Source: Candidatus Kuenenia stuttgartensis
Lineage (GTDB): Bacteria > Planctomycetota > Brocadiia > Brocadiales > Brocadiaceae
Reading direction: 5' to 3'
Length of the DNA: 32,000 nucleotides
Assembly (NCBI RefSeq): GCF_900232105.1
Contig: NZ_LT934425.1
Location: 1,170,001 to 1,202,000 of the forward strand
The notes under the pieces were generated by a model. That model worked only from the letters and a program-made list of their open reading frames with translations. It ran no database searches and was not told the DNA's origin. The translations under genes were made by a program, and so were the position numbers. Below are positions 17,027 through 24,938 of this stretch, piece after piece (within the stretch, counting starts at the first letter, position 1; each line of letters opens with the position of its first letter).

Positions 17027-17090
17027 TCTTAAGTCGGTTGACTTGAACAGTAATATTATACAAAGTTGTGATGTGTTTCGTTGTAATGTT

Positions 17091-17127
17091 AAGGCTGCAA
17101 GGATGAAAACCTTGTGGCCTTTTTTTA
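17091..17127 (+). terminator. Terminator-like hairpin plus U-run inside the csp leader (possible attenuator)
   Basis: AAGGCUGCAAGG / CCUUGUGGCCUU, a 12-bp stem with two G-U pairs that form only on the + strand RNA. Followed by TTTTTTT, 45 nt upstream of the csp ATG. Confidence 0.5.
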
Positions 17128-17171
17128 TTAGTAGCCAAATTTTTTTACCAAACGAAAGGGGGTGATTTATT

Positions 17172-17372
17172 ATGGCGAACGGAACAGTAAAGTGGTTTAA
17201 TGATTCAAAAGGTTTCGGCTTTATTTCTCAGGAAAACGGAACTGATGTATTTGTTCATCAGACGTCCATCAAGTCAGAGGGTTTCAGAACTCTTGCTGAA
17301 GGAGATAAGGTTGAGTTTGATGTCATTTCAGACCAAAAAGGCCAAAAGGCCACAAATGTTGTAAAAGTATAA
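17172..17372 (+). CDS. cspA: Cold-shock protein, CspA family (66 aa)
   Basis: [15 protein letters not shown] (RNP1) and DVFVH (RNP2). RBS AAGGGGG upstream. Confidence 0.95.
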   Translation: MANGTVKWFNDSKGFGFISQENGTDVFVHQTSIKSEGFRTLAEGDKVEFDVISDQKGQKATNVVKV

Positions 17373-17480
17373 ATATGTGAAAAGCCCACTCTAATGTTTT
17401 AAATATAAACGATTGTATGATAGTTGATATATAAAAAATGGAGTAGACGCAATAAATACTGTTATAATTACAACACACAG

Positions 17481-17516
17481 CCCCATTATCCGTAATAGGA
17501 TAATGGGGTTTTTTTT
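17481..17516 (+). terminator. Intrinsic terminator downstream of csp
   Basis: CCCCATTATCC / GGATAATGGGG, an 11-bp stem followed by T8. Confidence 0.8.
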
Positions 17517-17814
17517 GTAAAAAAAAGAAGGAAAAACCGTTGCAAAATATCGGCGTTTGTCAATATACACGCCAAAAACCATTTCAAAAAATGAATGTGC
17601 TGGAACAAATTTTTAAGGCTCATTGTTCTGTATGACACACAAGTACACTGCATATTTTTTATATTCTTTTATTGGTTTTTTTGTGCAGACGCGTCTGTCT
17701 TTTTCCCTTTGACAGCATACCCGGTTTTTGAGGATTGCTTGTGTGAAATCCGTTAACTATAACTATGGAGAAAATATAAGGAATCATCCAGTTTATTATG
17801 AAAGGAACAAATCT

Positions 17815-18267
17815 ATGAAAACAATAATGGTTTTGGAAAATAACGAACAACAGCGTATTCTCTGTAAACAAAAATTATCAAACGAAGGCTATAATGTCAT
17901 TACGGCAAATGACGGCAAAACGGCGATTAAAAAAGTAAATGATTACTGGCCGGATATTGTCATAATGAATGTTAATATAAGTGATATAGATATCGTTGAT
18001 GTTATAGGTAATATATTAATTCAGCATAAAAACATCCCTATCATACTGCGCACGGATAACAACTTTTACGGAAAGAATTTTCACCCGTGGCATGCGAATG
18101 TAATTACTTCACGCCCTTCATGGTTTTTTGAACTGAAAGAGAAAATAAAAACGTTGCCCAACGAAAACAAAGAGGTTGCATGCAATTTCAAGATTGGTGA
18201 AAAATTGAGCGTACACGAAAGGACCCGTCTTAACAGGAAAAGAAAGACTGAGAAATTGTGCGCATAG
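17815..18267 (+). CDS. Receiver-domain-like protein lacking the phospho-acceptor aspartate (150 aa)
   Basis: CheY-like fold pattern MKTIMVLENNEQ...PDIVIMNVNISDID...PIILRTD. The acidic pair is EN and the D57-equivalent is N. ATG at 17815 follows AAAGGA. Confidence 0.65.
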   Translation: MKTIMVLENNEQQRILCKQKLSNEGYNVITANDGKTAIKKVNDYWPDIVIMNVNISDIDIVDVIGNILIQHKNIPIILRTDNNFYGKNFHPWHANVITSRPSWFFELKEKIKTLPNENKEVACNFKIGEKLSVHERTRLNRKRKTEKLCA

Positions 18268-18290
18268 AGACACATAGAGTTCCCCCGCGC

Positions 18291-18316
18291 GGGTTCAGGT
18301 TTTGTAACCTGAACCC
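18291..18316. repeat. REP-like hairpin family 1, intact copy (GGGTTCAGGTTttgtAACCTGAACCC)
   Basis: Perfect 11-bp stem between the convergent receiver-like gene and uup. No flanking T-run. Confidence 0.8.
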
Positions 18317-18331
18317 ACACGTGGCAGTGAA

Positions 18332-20146
18332 CTACGATGATACCGTTTCATGTTCGCTGCGTAATTTTTCCAACGCCTCCCATCGGTGAAAGGCTTCTGC
18401 CAGTTCGTATTCCAGGGCTGACGCTCTCCCTTTAATTTTTTCTATTTCCTCTTTCCCTTTCTGATAAAACACGGGATTGCCCATTGTCTGAGTTAACTGC
18501 TGTTGTTCTGTTTCCAGCAATTCAATCCGATGTGGCAGGGATTCCAGTTCGCGTTTTTCATTATAACTGAGTTTACGTGTTCGTTTGGATTGTTTACTCT
18601 CCGCTTTTAACTTTGTAGGAAGCTGTTTCCCCGGGAAATCGTTTTGTGCATGTACAGTGCGTTGTCTTAACCAGTCATCATACCCGCCCACATATTCATT
18701 GATCAGTCCTTCCCCTTCAAAAACGAGTGTGCTGGTTGCTATGTTGTTAAGAAAGGTACGATCATGGCTGACGAGAAGAAGTGTTCCCTGATACTCCATC
18801 AATAATTCCTCTAAAAGTTCCAGGGTTTCCACATCAAGGTCATTTGTGGGTTCATCCATTACCAGGACATTGGAAGGTTTTGTGAACAAACGCGCCAGAA
18901 GGAGACGGTTGCGCTCTCCTCCGGAAAGTGTTTTGACTGAGACCCGTGCCCTGTCCGGAGAAAACAGGAAGTTTTGCAAATATCCGATGATGTGCCGTGG
19001 TTTGCCATTGAAGGTGATCACATCGTTTCCCTCACCAACGTTTTCAAACACCGATTTATCTTCATTCAGTTGCGCACGCAGTTGGTCAAAATAAGCTATT
19101 TGCAGTTGAGTGCCATGGCGAACATTACCTTTTTGCAGAGTCAATTCCCCTAATAAAAGACGTAAAAGAGTCGTCTTGCCGGAACCGTTGGGTCCGATAA
19201 TTCCCACCTTATCTCCCCGCATAATCGTTGTGGAAAAGTTATTCACAATGAGACGATTATCATATCCGTAAGTTGCGCCTTCCACCTTTATAACAACCGC
19301 GCCGGAACGGTCTGATTCCTGCGTCTGTATAAGTGCGGAGCCTGTTCTTTGCCTGCGCTCGCTTCGAACCTGCCGCATTTTCTCCAACTCTCTTTTCCGT
19401 CCTTCATTACGAGTGCGTCTGGCCTTAATTCCTTGTCTTACCCATACTTCTTCCTGTGCAAGTTTCTTATCAAAAAGTGCGTGCTGTTTCTCTTCTGCGT
19501 CCAGAACAGCCTGTTTACGCGTCAAAAAAGTTTCGTAATTACACGACCAGCTTGAAAGATTTCCTCTGTCCAGTTCAATAATACGGGTAGAAAGTTTCCT
19601 TAGAAACGAACGGTCATGGGTAACAAAAAGCATTGTGCCTTCATAACGCAGTAGAAATTCTTCCAGCCAGCAGACGGCATCGATATCCAGATGATTGGTC
19701 GGCTCATCCAGCAATAGAATACCGGGACCACACACCAGTTCTCGGGCAAGCAATACCTTTCGTTTAAGGCCTGAAGAAAGGGTATTGAATTCAGCATGAG
19801 CATCTAACTGCATCTGCGAAATTATCTTATTTATTTGATGACGGCCTTTGCGTTCAGAAGAAGGCAGATTTCCGAACTCGTTCGATAGTATATCGGATAC
19901 CGTACCATTTATTTTTTTTGGAATTTCCTGGGAAAGGTATGCCGTGCGCAATCCTTTCTGCCGCACAATTTCTCCGGAATCAGGCATCAGATCACCATTG
20001 ATAAGTTTTAGCAGGGTAGATTTGCCGGCGCCGTTGCGGCCAAGGAGACATGCCTTTTCGCCCCGCTCTAGCTGCAAATTTGCGTGTTCAATCAACAAAG
20101 GACAGCCAAAACCTATCGTTACATCCTGCAAACTTATCAACGCCAT
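18332..20146 (-). CDS. uup: ABC-F family ATPase Uup
   Basis: Two ABC cassettes (GRNGAGKST, GPNGSGKTT); linker KLAQEEVWVRQGIKARRTRNEGR as in E. coli Uup; C-terminal coiled coil. ATG at 20146 follows GGAGAA; the ORF-track start is 20242. Confidence 0.9.
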   Translation of the reverse strand: MALISLQDVTIGFGCPLLIEHANLQLERGEKACLLGRNGAGKSTLLKLINGDLMPDSGEIVRQKGLRTAYLSQEIPKKINGTVSDILSNEFGNLPSSERKGRHQINKIISQMQLDAHAEFNTLSSGLKRKVLLARELVCGPGILLLDEPTNHLDIDAVCWLEEFLLRYEGTMLFVTHDRSFLRKLSTRIIELDRGNLSSWSCNYETFLTRKQAVLDAEEKQHALFDKKLAQEEVWVRQGIKARRTRNEGRKRELEKMRQVRSERRQRTGSALIQTQESDRSGAVVIKVEGATYGYDNRLIVNNFSTTIMRGDKVGIIGPNGSGKTTLLRLLLGELTLQKGNVRHGTQLQIAYFDQLRAQLNEDKSVFENVGEGNDVITFNGKPRHIIGYLQNFLFSPDRARVSVKTLSGGERNRLLLARLFTKPSNVLVMDEPTNDLDVETLELLEELLMEYQGTLLLVSHDRTFLNNIATSTLVFEGEGLINEYVGGYDDWLRQRTVHAQNDFPGKQLPTKLKAESKQSKRTRKLSYNEKRELESLPHRIELLETEQQQLTQTMGNPVFYQKGKEEIEKIKGRASALEYELAEAFHRWEALEKLRSEHETVSS

Positions 20147-20277
20147 CGATATTCTCCAAATATTATTTTCTTTAAATTGCACCTTAACAGTATTAACAAA
20201 CAACCCTTTATGTGATTTTATCACAGCGCCGTCAGCCTGCAATCAAATAATGAAACAGACATGACTGGTACCTTTTG

Positions 20278-20341
20278 CAGTCCTCAATCTGCAGTCTGCA
20301 GATTGCAGATTGAGGACTGAGGACAGTTTTCTTGCTTGTTT
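20278..20341. repeat. Intergenic repeat family 2, copy D (self-complementary) with shared tail
   Basis: Arms GTCCTCAATCTGCA (20280-20293) and TGCAGATTGAGGAC (20304-20317). TGCAGAT and TGAGGAC are tandemly duplicated. Tail at 20312-20341. Confidence 0.85.
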
Positions 20342-20523
20342 AGTTCTGACTTTGTCAATTCAGGGTTTGGGAACAACCGGCCAAAAGTTGCGGTCAAAGA
20401 CTGCCAAATTCTAAGAAAAACATTTTACTTAGGAGATAAACTGTATAACATGATTGAAAACATTACGCTGGTTGGCCCTATTGGTATAATCCTGCCTGAA
20501 GGACGGCAGAGAAGGAGGCTTTT

Positions 20524-21642
20524 ATGGAAAAACAAAAAATATTTGAAAACATGTGGATAAGAACGCTGCTGTGGCTTTGCGCAATTGCCGCGTTTCTCCT
20601 GGTGTGCTATTATTTAAAAGGCATTTTAATATCACTCTTTCTGGCTTTTACGATAGCCTATATTGTTGATCCATTACTCGATATTATTGAAAAACGAAGA
20701 TTTTTATTTTTAAAAAAAGGGTTGCCGCGGGGTCTTGCAATAGTGGTACTTTTAACAGGCATGTTGTTTATGGCGGGCGGGGCGGCCGCCTACACAATAC
20801 CAAAAACCTTGCATGGCATTGAGCGAGTTGGCATGGTATTAAAAAAACAGTATCCGAAGTATCAGGAAAATGTGGAACTGTTTATTGAAAACCATAAGGA
20901 TACCGGGATTGCGATATTTTTAAAAACACAACTAGGCATACAGAACGGCAGTGAAAAAGAAACGCAGGAGAAACGTCCGGGACTTATGAAATTTGCCCTT
21001 GCAACAGTAAAAAACATCTTTCAAGGAGCCTTCGGTCTGGTGGGAATAATAATAAACATCGTGGTTTTTGGAGTAGTGACCATATATCTCCTGAAAGATT
21101 TTGACGTTATTATAATAAAGTGCAGGAACCTGCTTCCGGTTTCAAAAAAAGAAAAGATATTTGAGATTTTCGGGAAGATAAATGAAAACCTGAAGGCATT
21201 TCTAAGGGGGCAGATTACGGTTTGTATTATATTATCCATAATATATGGAATAGGATTGACCGTTATTGGCGTACCGCTTTCCTACCTCATAGCCCTGCTG
21301 GGTGGATTTGGGAACGTTATTCCCTACATCGGAATAATGCTTGGCCTTGTTCCCGCACTGATACTCGCGTTTATTCAATATCAGGATATCACCCATTTGA
21401 TCCTTGTCGTAGCGGTATTTGGCGTAGGGCAGTTCTTTGAAAGCACCATAATAACGCCAAAAATTGTTGGAACAAAACTCGGACTGCACCCTGTAGCTAT
21501 TATACTGTCCATTTTGATATGCAGCCAGATATTGGGATTTTTGGGTCTTTTGCTTGCAGTTCCCATTGTGGCTGTGGCGAAGGTGCTTATTGATGAAGGG
21601 CTTTTGAGATACAAAAATACCGATTTCTTTAAGGGTAGTTAA
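20524..21642 (+). CDS. AI-2E family transporter (PerM/UPF0118)
   Basis: 372 aa, about 8 predicted TM segments, and the typical C-terminal GLHPVAIILSIL...GLLLAVPI motif. Confidence 0.8.
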   Translation: MEKQKIFENMWIRTLLWLCAIAAFLLVCYYLKGILISLFLAFTIAYIVDPLLDIIEKRRFLFLKKGLPRGLAIVVLLTGMLFMAGGAAAYTIPKTLHGIERVGMVLKKQYPKYQENVELFIENHKDTGIAIFLKTQLGIQNGSEKETQEKRPGLMKFALATVKNIFQGAFGLVGIIINIVVFGVVTIYLLKDFDVIIIKCRNLLPVSKKEKIFEIFGKINENLKAFLRGQITVCIILSIIYGIGLTVIGVPLSYLIALLGGFGNVIPYIGIMLGLVPALILAFIQYQDITHLILVVAVFGVGQFFESTIITPKIVGTKLGLHPVAIILSILICSQILGFLGLLLAVPIVAVAKVLIDEGLLRYKNTDFFKGS

Positions 21643-21677
21643 GGGAATGAGGTCTTTGTTTAGGGAGTAAATGCAAA

Positions 21678-22409
21678 ATGGGATTCCAGATAATCGACCA
21701 GGGAACAAGATTCCCTCTTACTGCAGGAATGTTTACAACGCCACCTCGCCGGGTTGAAAGGCTGCAACATACCGCAAAGGATAAAAGAATTGAGGAAAAC
21801 AAGGACAATTTGCAGGAACGGGAACAACGAGAAAATAAAAAACAAAAACCCCGTAGTTCATCAACGCTTATGTACCAAAAAACCGAATACCCACACCAGA
21901 GAAATTCATTACATGCAAATCAGATCATGTCTTCTCCTGTAGTTACAATTCTGCCGGATACCAGGCTCGATGAAGCATGGGAAATTATCAGGGAACATAG
22001 GTTCCGCCACCTGCCCATTCTCACACCGAATAAAAAAGTTGCCGGCATTATTTCCGACAGGGATTTACTTCGTGAGGCGGCGCAGAGCGAAGCATCCGGA
22101 GATAAACAACCGGTCAATACACCTGCTCAAAAATGGTATGAAGCAGATGCCCATTATACGGATGCCGGATTTTACCATGATAACATTTATACATTTCCAA
22201 AAAAGAAAACCGTTTTGGACATTTGTAAAACAAGAATTCTTACAGCAACGCCTGACACTGAGCTGAGGGAAATTGCAAAAATATTGATAGAAGAACATAT
22301 TGGGTCAATGCCAATTGTTGATGAAAACAACCATCTTTTGGGCATAATTACCAGGAGCGACATCCTGAGAACAATTGTCGCGAATGGAGCTATTGATCTT
22401 TTAATCTAG
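21678..22409 (+). CDS. CBS-pair domain protein (start uncertain; low-complexity N-terminus)
   Basis: CBS1: IMSSPVVTILPDT...RHLPIL...GIISDRDLL. CBS2: ILTATPDT...IGSMPIVDENNHLLGIITRSDIL. A spacer of about 50 aa separates them. Confidence 0.7.
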   Translation: MGFQIIDQGTRFPLTAGMFTTPPRRVERLQHTAKDKRIEENKDNLQEREQRENKKQKPRSSSTLMYQKTEYPHQRNSLHANQIMSSPVVTILPDTRLDEAWEIIREHRFRHLPILTPNKKVAGIISDRDLLREAAQSEASGDKQPVNTPAQKWYEADAHYTDAGFYHDNIYTFPKKKTVLDICKTRILTATPDTELREIAKILIEEHIGSMPIVDENNHLLGIITRSDILRTIVANGAIDLLI

Positions 22410-22439
22410 CATACCATTTCAGTAAAATAGCATACTACA

Positions 22440-23654
22440 ATGAGTAATGATCTGACAAATCTTCACATCGATAAATCAAAATTTCTGGTTCGGCGCGGCA
22501 AAACAAAGGGGAAAATATATCTCTCTGTCGCCGCCGGAATCATTATTGTTCTGGGGATATTGTATGGAACCGGCATTCTGCAACCTGCTATTCGTGTGCA
22601 TGTATCAGGGATTTCTACCATTTTCCCCTCTCAGACGTTTACCCTTTTAAATGCGAGCGGGTATGTTGTCGCCCAGCGAAAATCCGCCATATCGTCTAAG
22701 ATCACCAGCTCGCTTGTATCCTTATCGGTAGAAGAAGGCAGCAGGGCAAAAAAAGGAGATGTTATTGCCTGCCTGGAAAACAAGGACGCAATTGCGGCGT
22801 TGAAAAGAGCAAAGGCGGATATGAATACCGCCAGATACAGGCTGAAGCAGGCTGAAGCAGAACTTACTGAGGCGAAGCTTGCTTACAATAGAACAACGAA
22901 TCTTTTGCAAATGGGAGTCGTTTCTCCGTCTGAATATGACACGGCAGATGCAAAATACAAACTTGCGATTGCAAAGGTTGAAGAAGGGAAGGCCGCAATA
23001 CGCTCGGGCAAAGCGGCAGTGAGCGAGGCAAAGGTGCAACTTGATTATACTTTTTTACGCGCACCTTTTGATGGGGTAGTATTAACGAAAAATGCCGATA
23101 TTGGCGATATAGTCACTCCTGTGGGAGCAGCGGCAAATGCCAGGGCGTCGGTAGTGACTATTGCCGACCTCGATTCACTCATGGTGGAGGTTGATGTATC
23201 CGAATCAAATATTGAACAGGTAAGCGCCGGGCATCCATGTGAAATCCAACTGGATGCTTTTCCGGGAGAAAGACTTCGCGGTGAAGTGCATATGATTGTG
23301 CCTACTGCGGACAGGACAAAGGCCTCGATACTGGTAAAAGTCGCATTTGCCGACAAAGATTCCCGCATTATGCCGGAGATGAGTGCAAAGGTTGCGTTTT
23401 TAAAACGACACGCAACGGATGATGAAAGAAAGCCAATAAAGGCAATTCCTGTAACAGCCGTCAGGACAATGATGGGAAAGAATGTTGTATATACGGTTGA
23501 AAACAACCGGTTAGTGGAAAAGGTCATAAGCACAGGAAGGTGTTACGATGCTATGATAGAGATATTATCAGGATTAGAAGATGGCTGGAAAATAGTAACA
23601 GACGGGAATAAGAAAATGAAAAACGGCAGAAGGGTAAAAATATCCGAAGAATAA
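22440..23654 (+). CDS. Efflux transporter periplasmic adaptor subunit (HlyD/MacA-like)
   Basis: N-terminal TM helix, a coiled-coil hairpin (AKADMNTARYRLKQAEAEL...), LDYTFLRAPFDGVV and beta-barrel motifs. Confidence 0.85.
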   Translation: MSNDLTNLHIDKSKFLVRRGKTKGKIYLSVAAGIIIVLGILYGTGILQPAIRVHVSGISTIFPSQTFTLLNASGYVVAQRKSAISSKITSSLVSLSVEEGSRAKKGDVIACLENKDAIAALKRAKADMNTARYRLKQAEAELTEAKLAYNRTTNLLQMGVVSPSEYDTADAKYKLAIAKVEEGKAAIRSGKAAVSEAKVQLDYTFLRAPFDGVVLTKNADIGDIVTPVGAAANARASVVTIADLDSLMVEVDVSESNIEQVSAGHPCEIQLDAFPGERLRGEVHMIVPTADRTKASILVKVAFADKDSRIMPEMSAKVAFLKRHATDDERKPIKAIPVTAVRTMMGKNVVYTVENNRLVEKVISTGRCYDAMIEILSGLEDGWKIVTDGNKKMKNGRRVKISEE

Positions 23655-23739
23655 AAATATGTCCATGTACAGCTAAAAGCATCAATTATCTGAAAATTTA
23701 TAAATCTTATTATACGAATTCCGGGGACACTATACTTAA

Positions 23740-23895
23740 TACGGAAGGATAGGAAAAGCCAAGGTTTATGATTTCAAGCAGAATCGTCACAATAAGTATT
23801 ATGAACAAAAGAGAGTGGAAGTGTTTTACCTTATCAAAGAAAATAGGATTGTAACCGTTACCGTATATGTATTCTATGGAAAGTGGGAGGCATAA
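23740..23895 (+). pseudogene. Possible DUF4258-like toxin remnant (C-terminal about 50 codons, no start codon)
   Basis: Open frame ...KRVEVFYLIKENRIVTVTVYVFYGKWEA ends in TAA immediately abutting the DUF2283 ATG. The pattern resembles DUF4258 C-termini. An upstream stop at 23737 removes the N-terminal half. Confidence 0.3.
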
Positions 23896-24105
23896 ATGAA
23901 CATCATTTACAACGACAAGACAGACCTTCTTTACATCAGATTTGATGACAAAAAACAGGATGTCATAAACCGGCGGTTCTCCGATGACATTGTCCTGGAT
24001 ATTGGCGAGAATAACAGAATTGTAGGCATTGAAATTCTTGATGCTTCTAAACATGTAACTCTTGATAAACTCTTACCGGTTAATTACGAGCTTTCAAAGA
24101 CATAG
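23896..24105 (+). CDS. DUF2283-family small protein (putative antitoxin partner)
   Basis: MNIIYNDKTDLLYIRFDD...NNRIVGIEILDASKHV matches the DUF2283 pattern. Confidence 0.7.
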   Translation: MNIIYNDKTDLLYIRFDDKKQDVINRRFSDDIVLDIGENNRIVGIEILDASKHVTLDKLLPVNYELSKT

Positions 24106-24111
24106 AATTGA

Positions 24112-24324
24112 TTGTCTGTAACTAAAGAATTAGCTATAACTATAGCACAAAAAGACCCCATTGCCGTTAAGATGGCAAAAATCCTGCTCAACGAAAATCA
24201 GAAAATAGAGAAAAGGCTTGAGAAAGAAATAAACCTCTTTGCCCGATGCTTTGCAACACAAGATCGTCAGGAAGGCATAAACACCTTTTTGGAAAAAAGA
24301 AAGCCCATGTTTAAAGGTGTATGA
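24112..24324 (+). pseudogene. Enoyl-CoA hydratase/crotonase, C-terminal fragment only (about 70 of 260 aa)
   Basis: ...ELAITIAQKDPIAVKMAK...FARCFATQDRQEGINTFLEKRKPMFKG is the conserved crotonase C-terminus. No upstream coding continuation. Confidence 0.7.
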
Positions 24325-24533
24325 TTTTTTTAAAAAAGAGGCATTATTTAAATTGAAGTTTAATTTTCGTTAATAAAAAACTCTTAATGAAATGTGAGTA
24401 AAACTTGGTTGCTTTCCTAAATATCCTTAATATCTTCAGAATTAGAAACGTGTCATTTCGTTTGAATAAAAAAGTTAAAGAATAAAATTTTTTCAAAACT
24501 CTTTTCAAATTTAAATTTATGCATAAGGAAAAA

Positions 24534-24605
24534 ATGACAAAACGACCTATGATATTTGTAGATGGTACCAATTTGTTAACTCAACTAAGGCACTGTCCAA
24601 AAATA
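24534..24605 (+). pseudogene. NYN/LabA-like gene, N-terminal fragment of about 20 codons
   Basis: AAGGA RBS, then MTKRPMIFVDGTNLLTQL (NYN N-terminal motif), followed by a stop. Adjacent to the ISAzo13-like end. Confidence 0.35.
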
Positions 24606-24624
24606 ATTTGGTATTTTTATTAAT

Positions 24625-24938
24625 TTAGTTAAGTGAAATTGTATAATTCCAATCTGGCAAGACACTGTGTTTGTTTATGTTTATTTCTTTCATTTGGTCA
24701 TCAGTGATTTTGATTCCTTTTTGGTATTCTTTCTCGTTAAGAATGGTTTGTACGAGAAGACCCGCTGTTGTTGTAGTGCCAGCAATTAAACTTAGCATAA
24801 CATCATAAGACCTCAAAGGATACCCTCCCAATTTTTACTGATAAAACTAAACAGACGATGTTCTACCGGATTCCATTTTGATGCTCCTGAGGGATGAGTG
24901 CCTTGAAGTATGGAATACCTGAGTGGTTGAAAATACCA
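24625..24938 (-). pseudogene. ISAzo13-family transposase, C-terminal remnant with a frameshift
   Basis: The minus strand encodes ...THPSGASKWNPVEHRLFSFISKNWEG, then a 1-nt frameshift near 24826, then YPLRSYDVMLSLIAGTTTTAGL...LPDWNYTISLN. This matches the PPGTSKWNKIEHRLF...WNYTI signature. The upstream part is interrupted at about 24939. Confidence 0.7.

Noticed and set aside
17038-17066. TTGACT at 17038-17043 as the -35 element of a csp or sRNA promoter
   Set aside because: No acceptable -10 hexamer lies at 16-18 nt spacing. TATTAT is only 10 nt away. The upstream TTGTTA-N17-TATACT pair is better spaced.
20336-20560. 74-aa + strand ORF between repeat copy D and the AI-2E transporter gene
   Set aside because: It starts inside the repeat tail, overlaps the transporter start in another frame and has no motif or RBS. 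It is probably 5' UTR sequence.
23710-24054. 114-aa minus-strand ORF
   Set aside because: It runs antisense to the DUF2283 ORF and the toxin remnant. It is an AT-rich, hydrophobic, low-complexity translation with no support.
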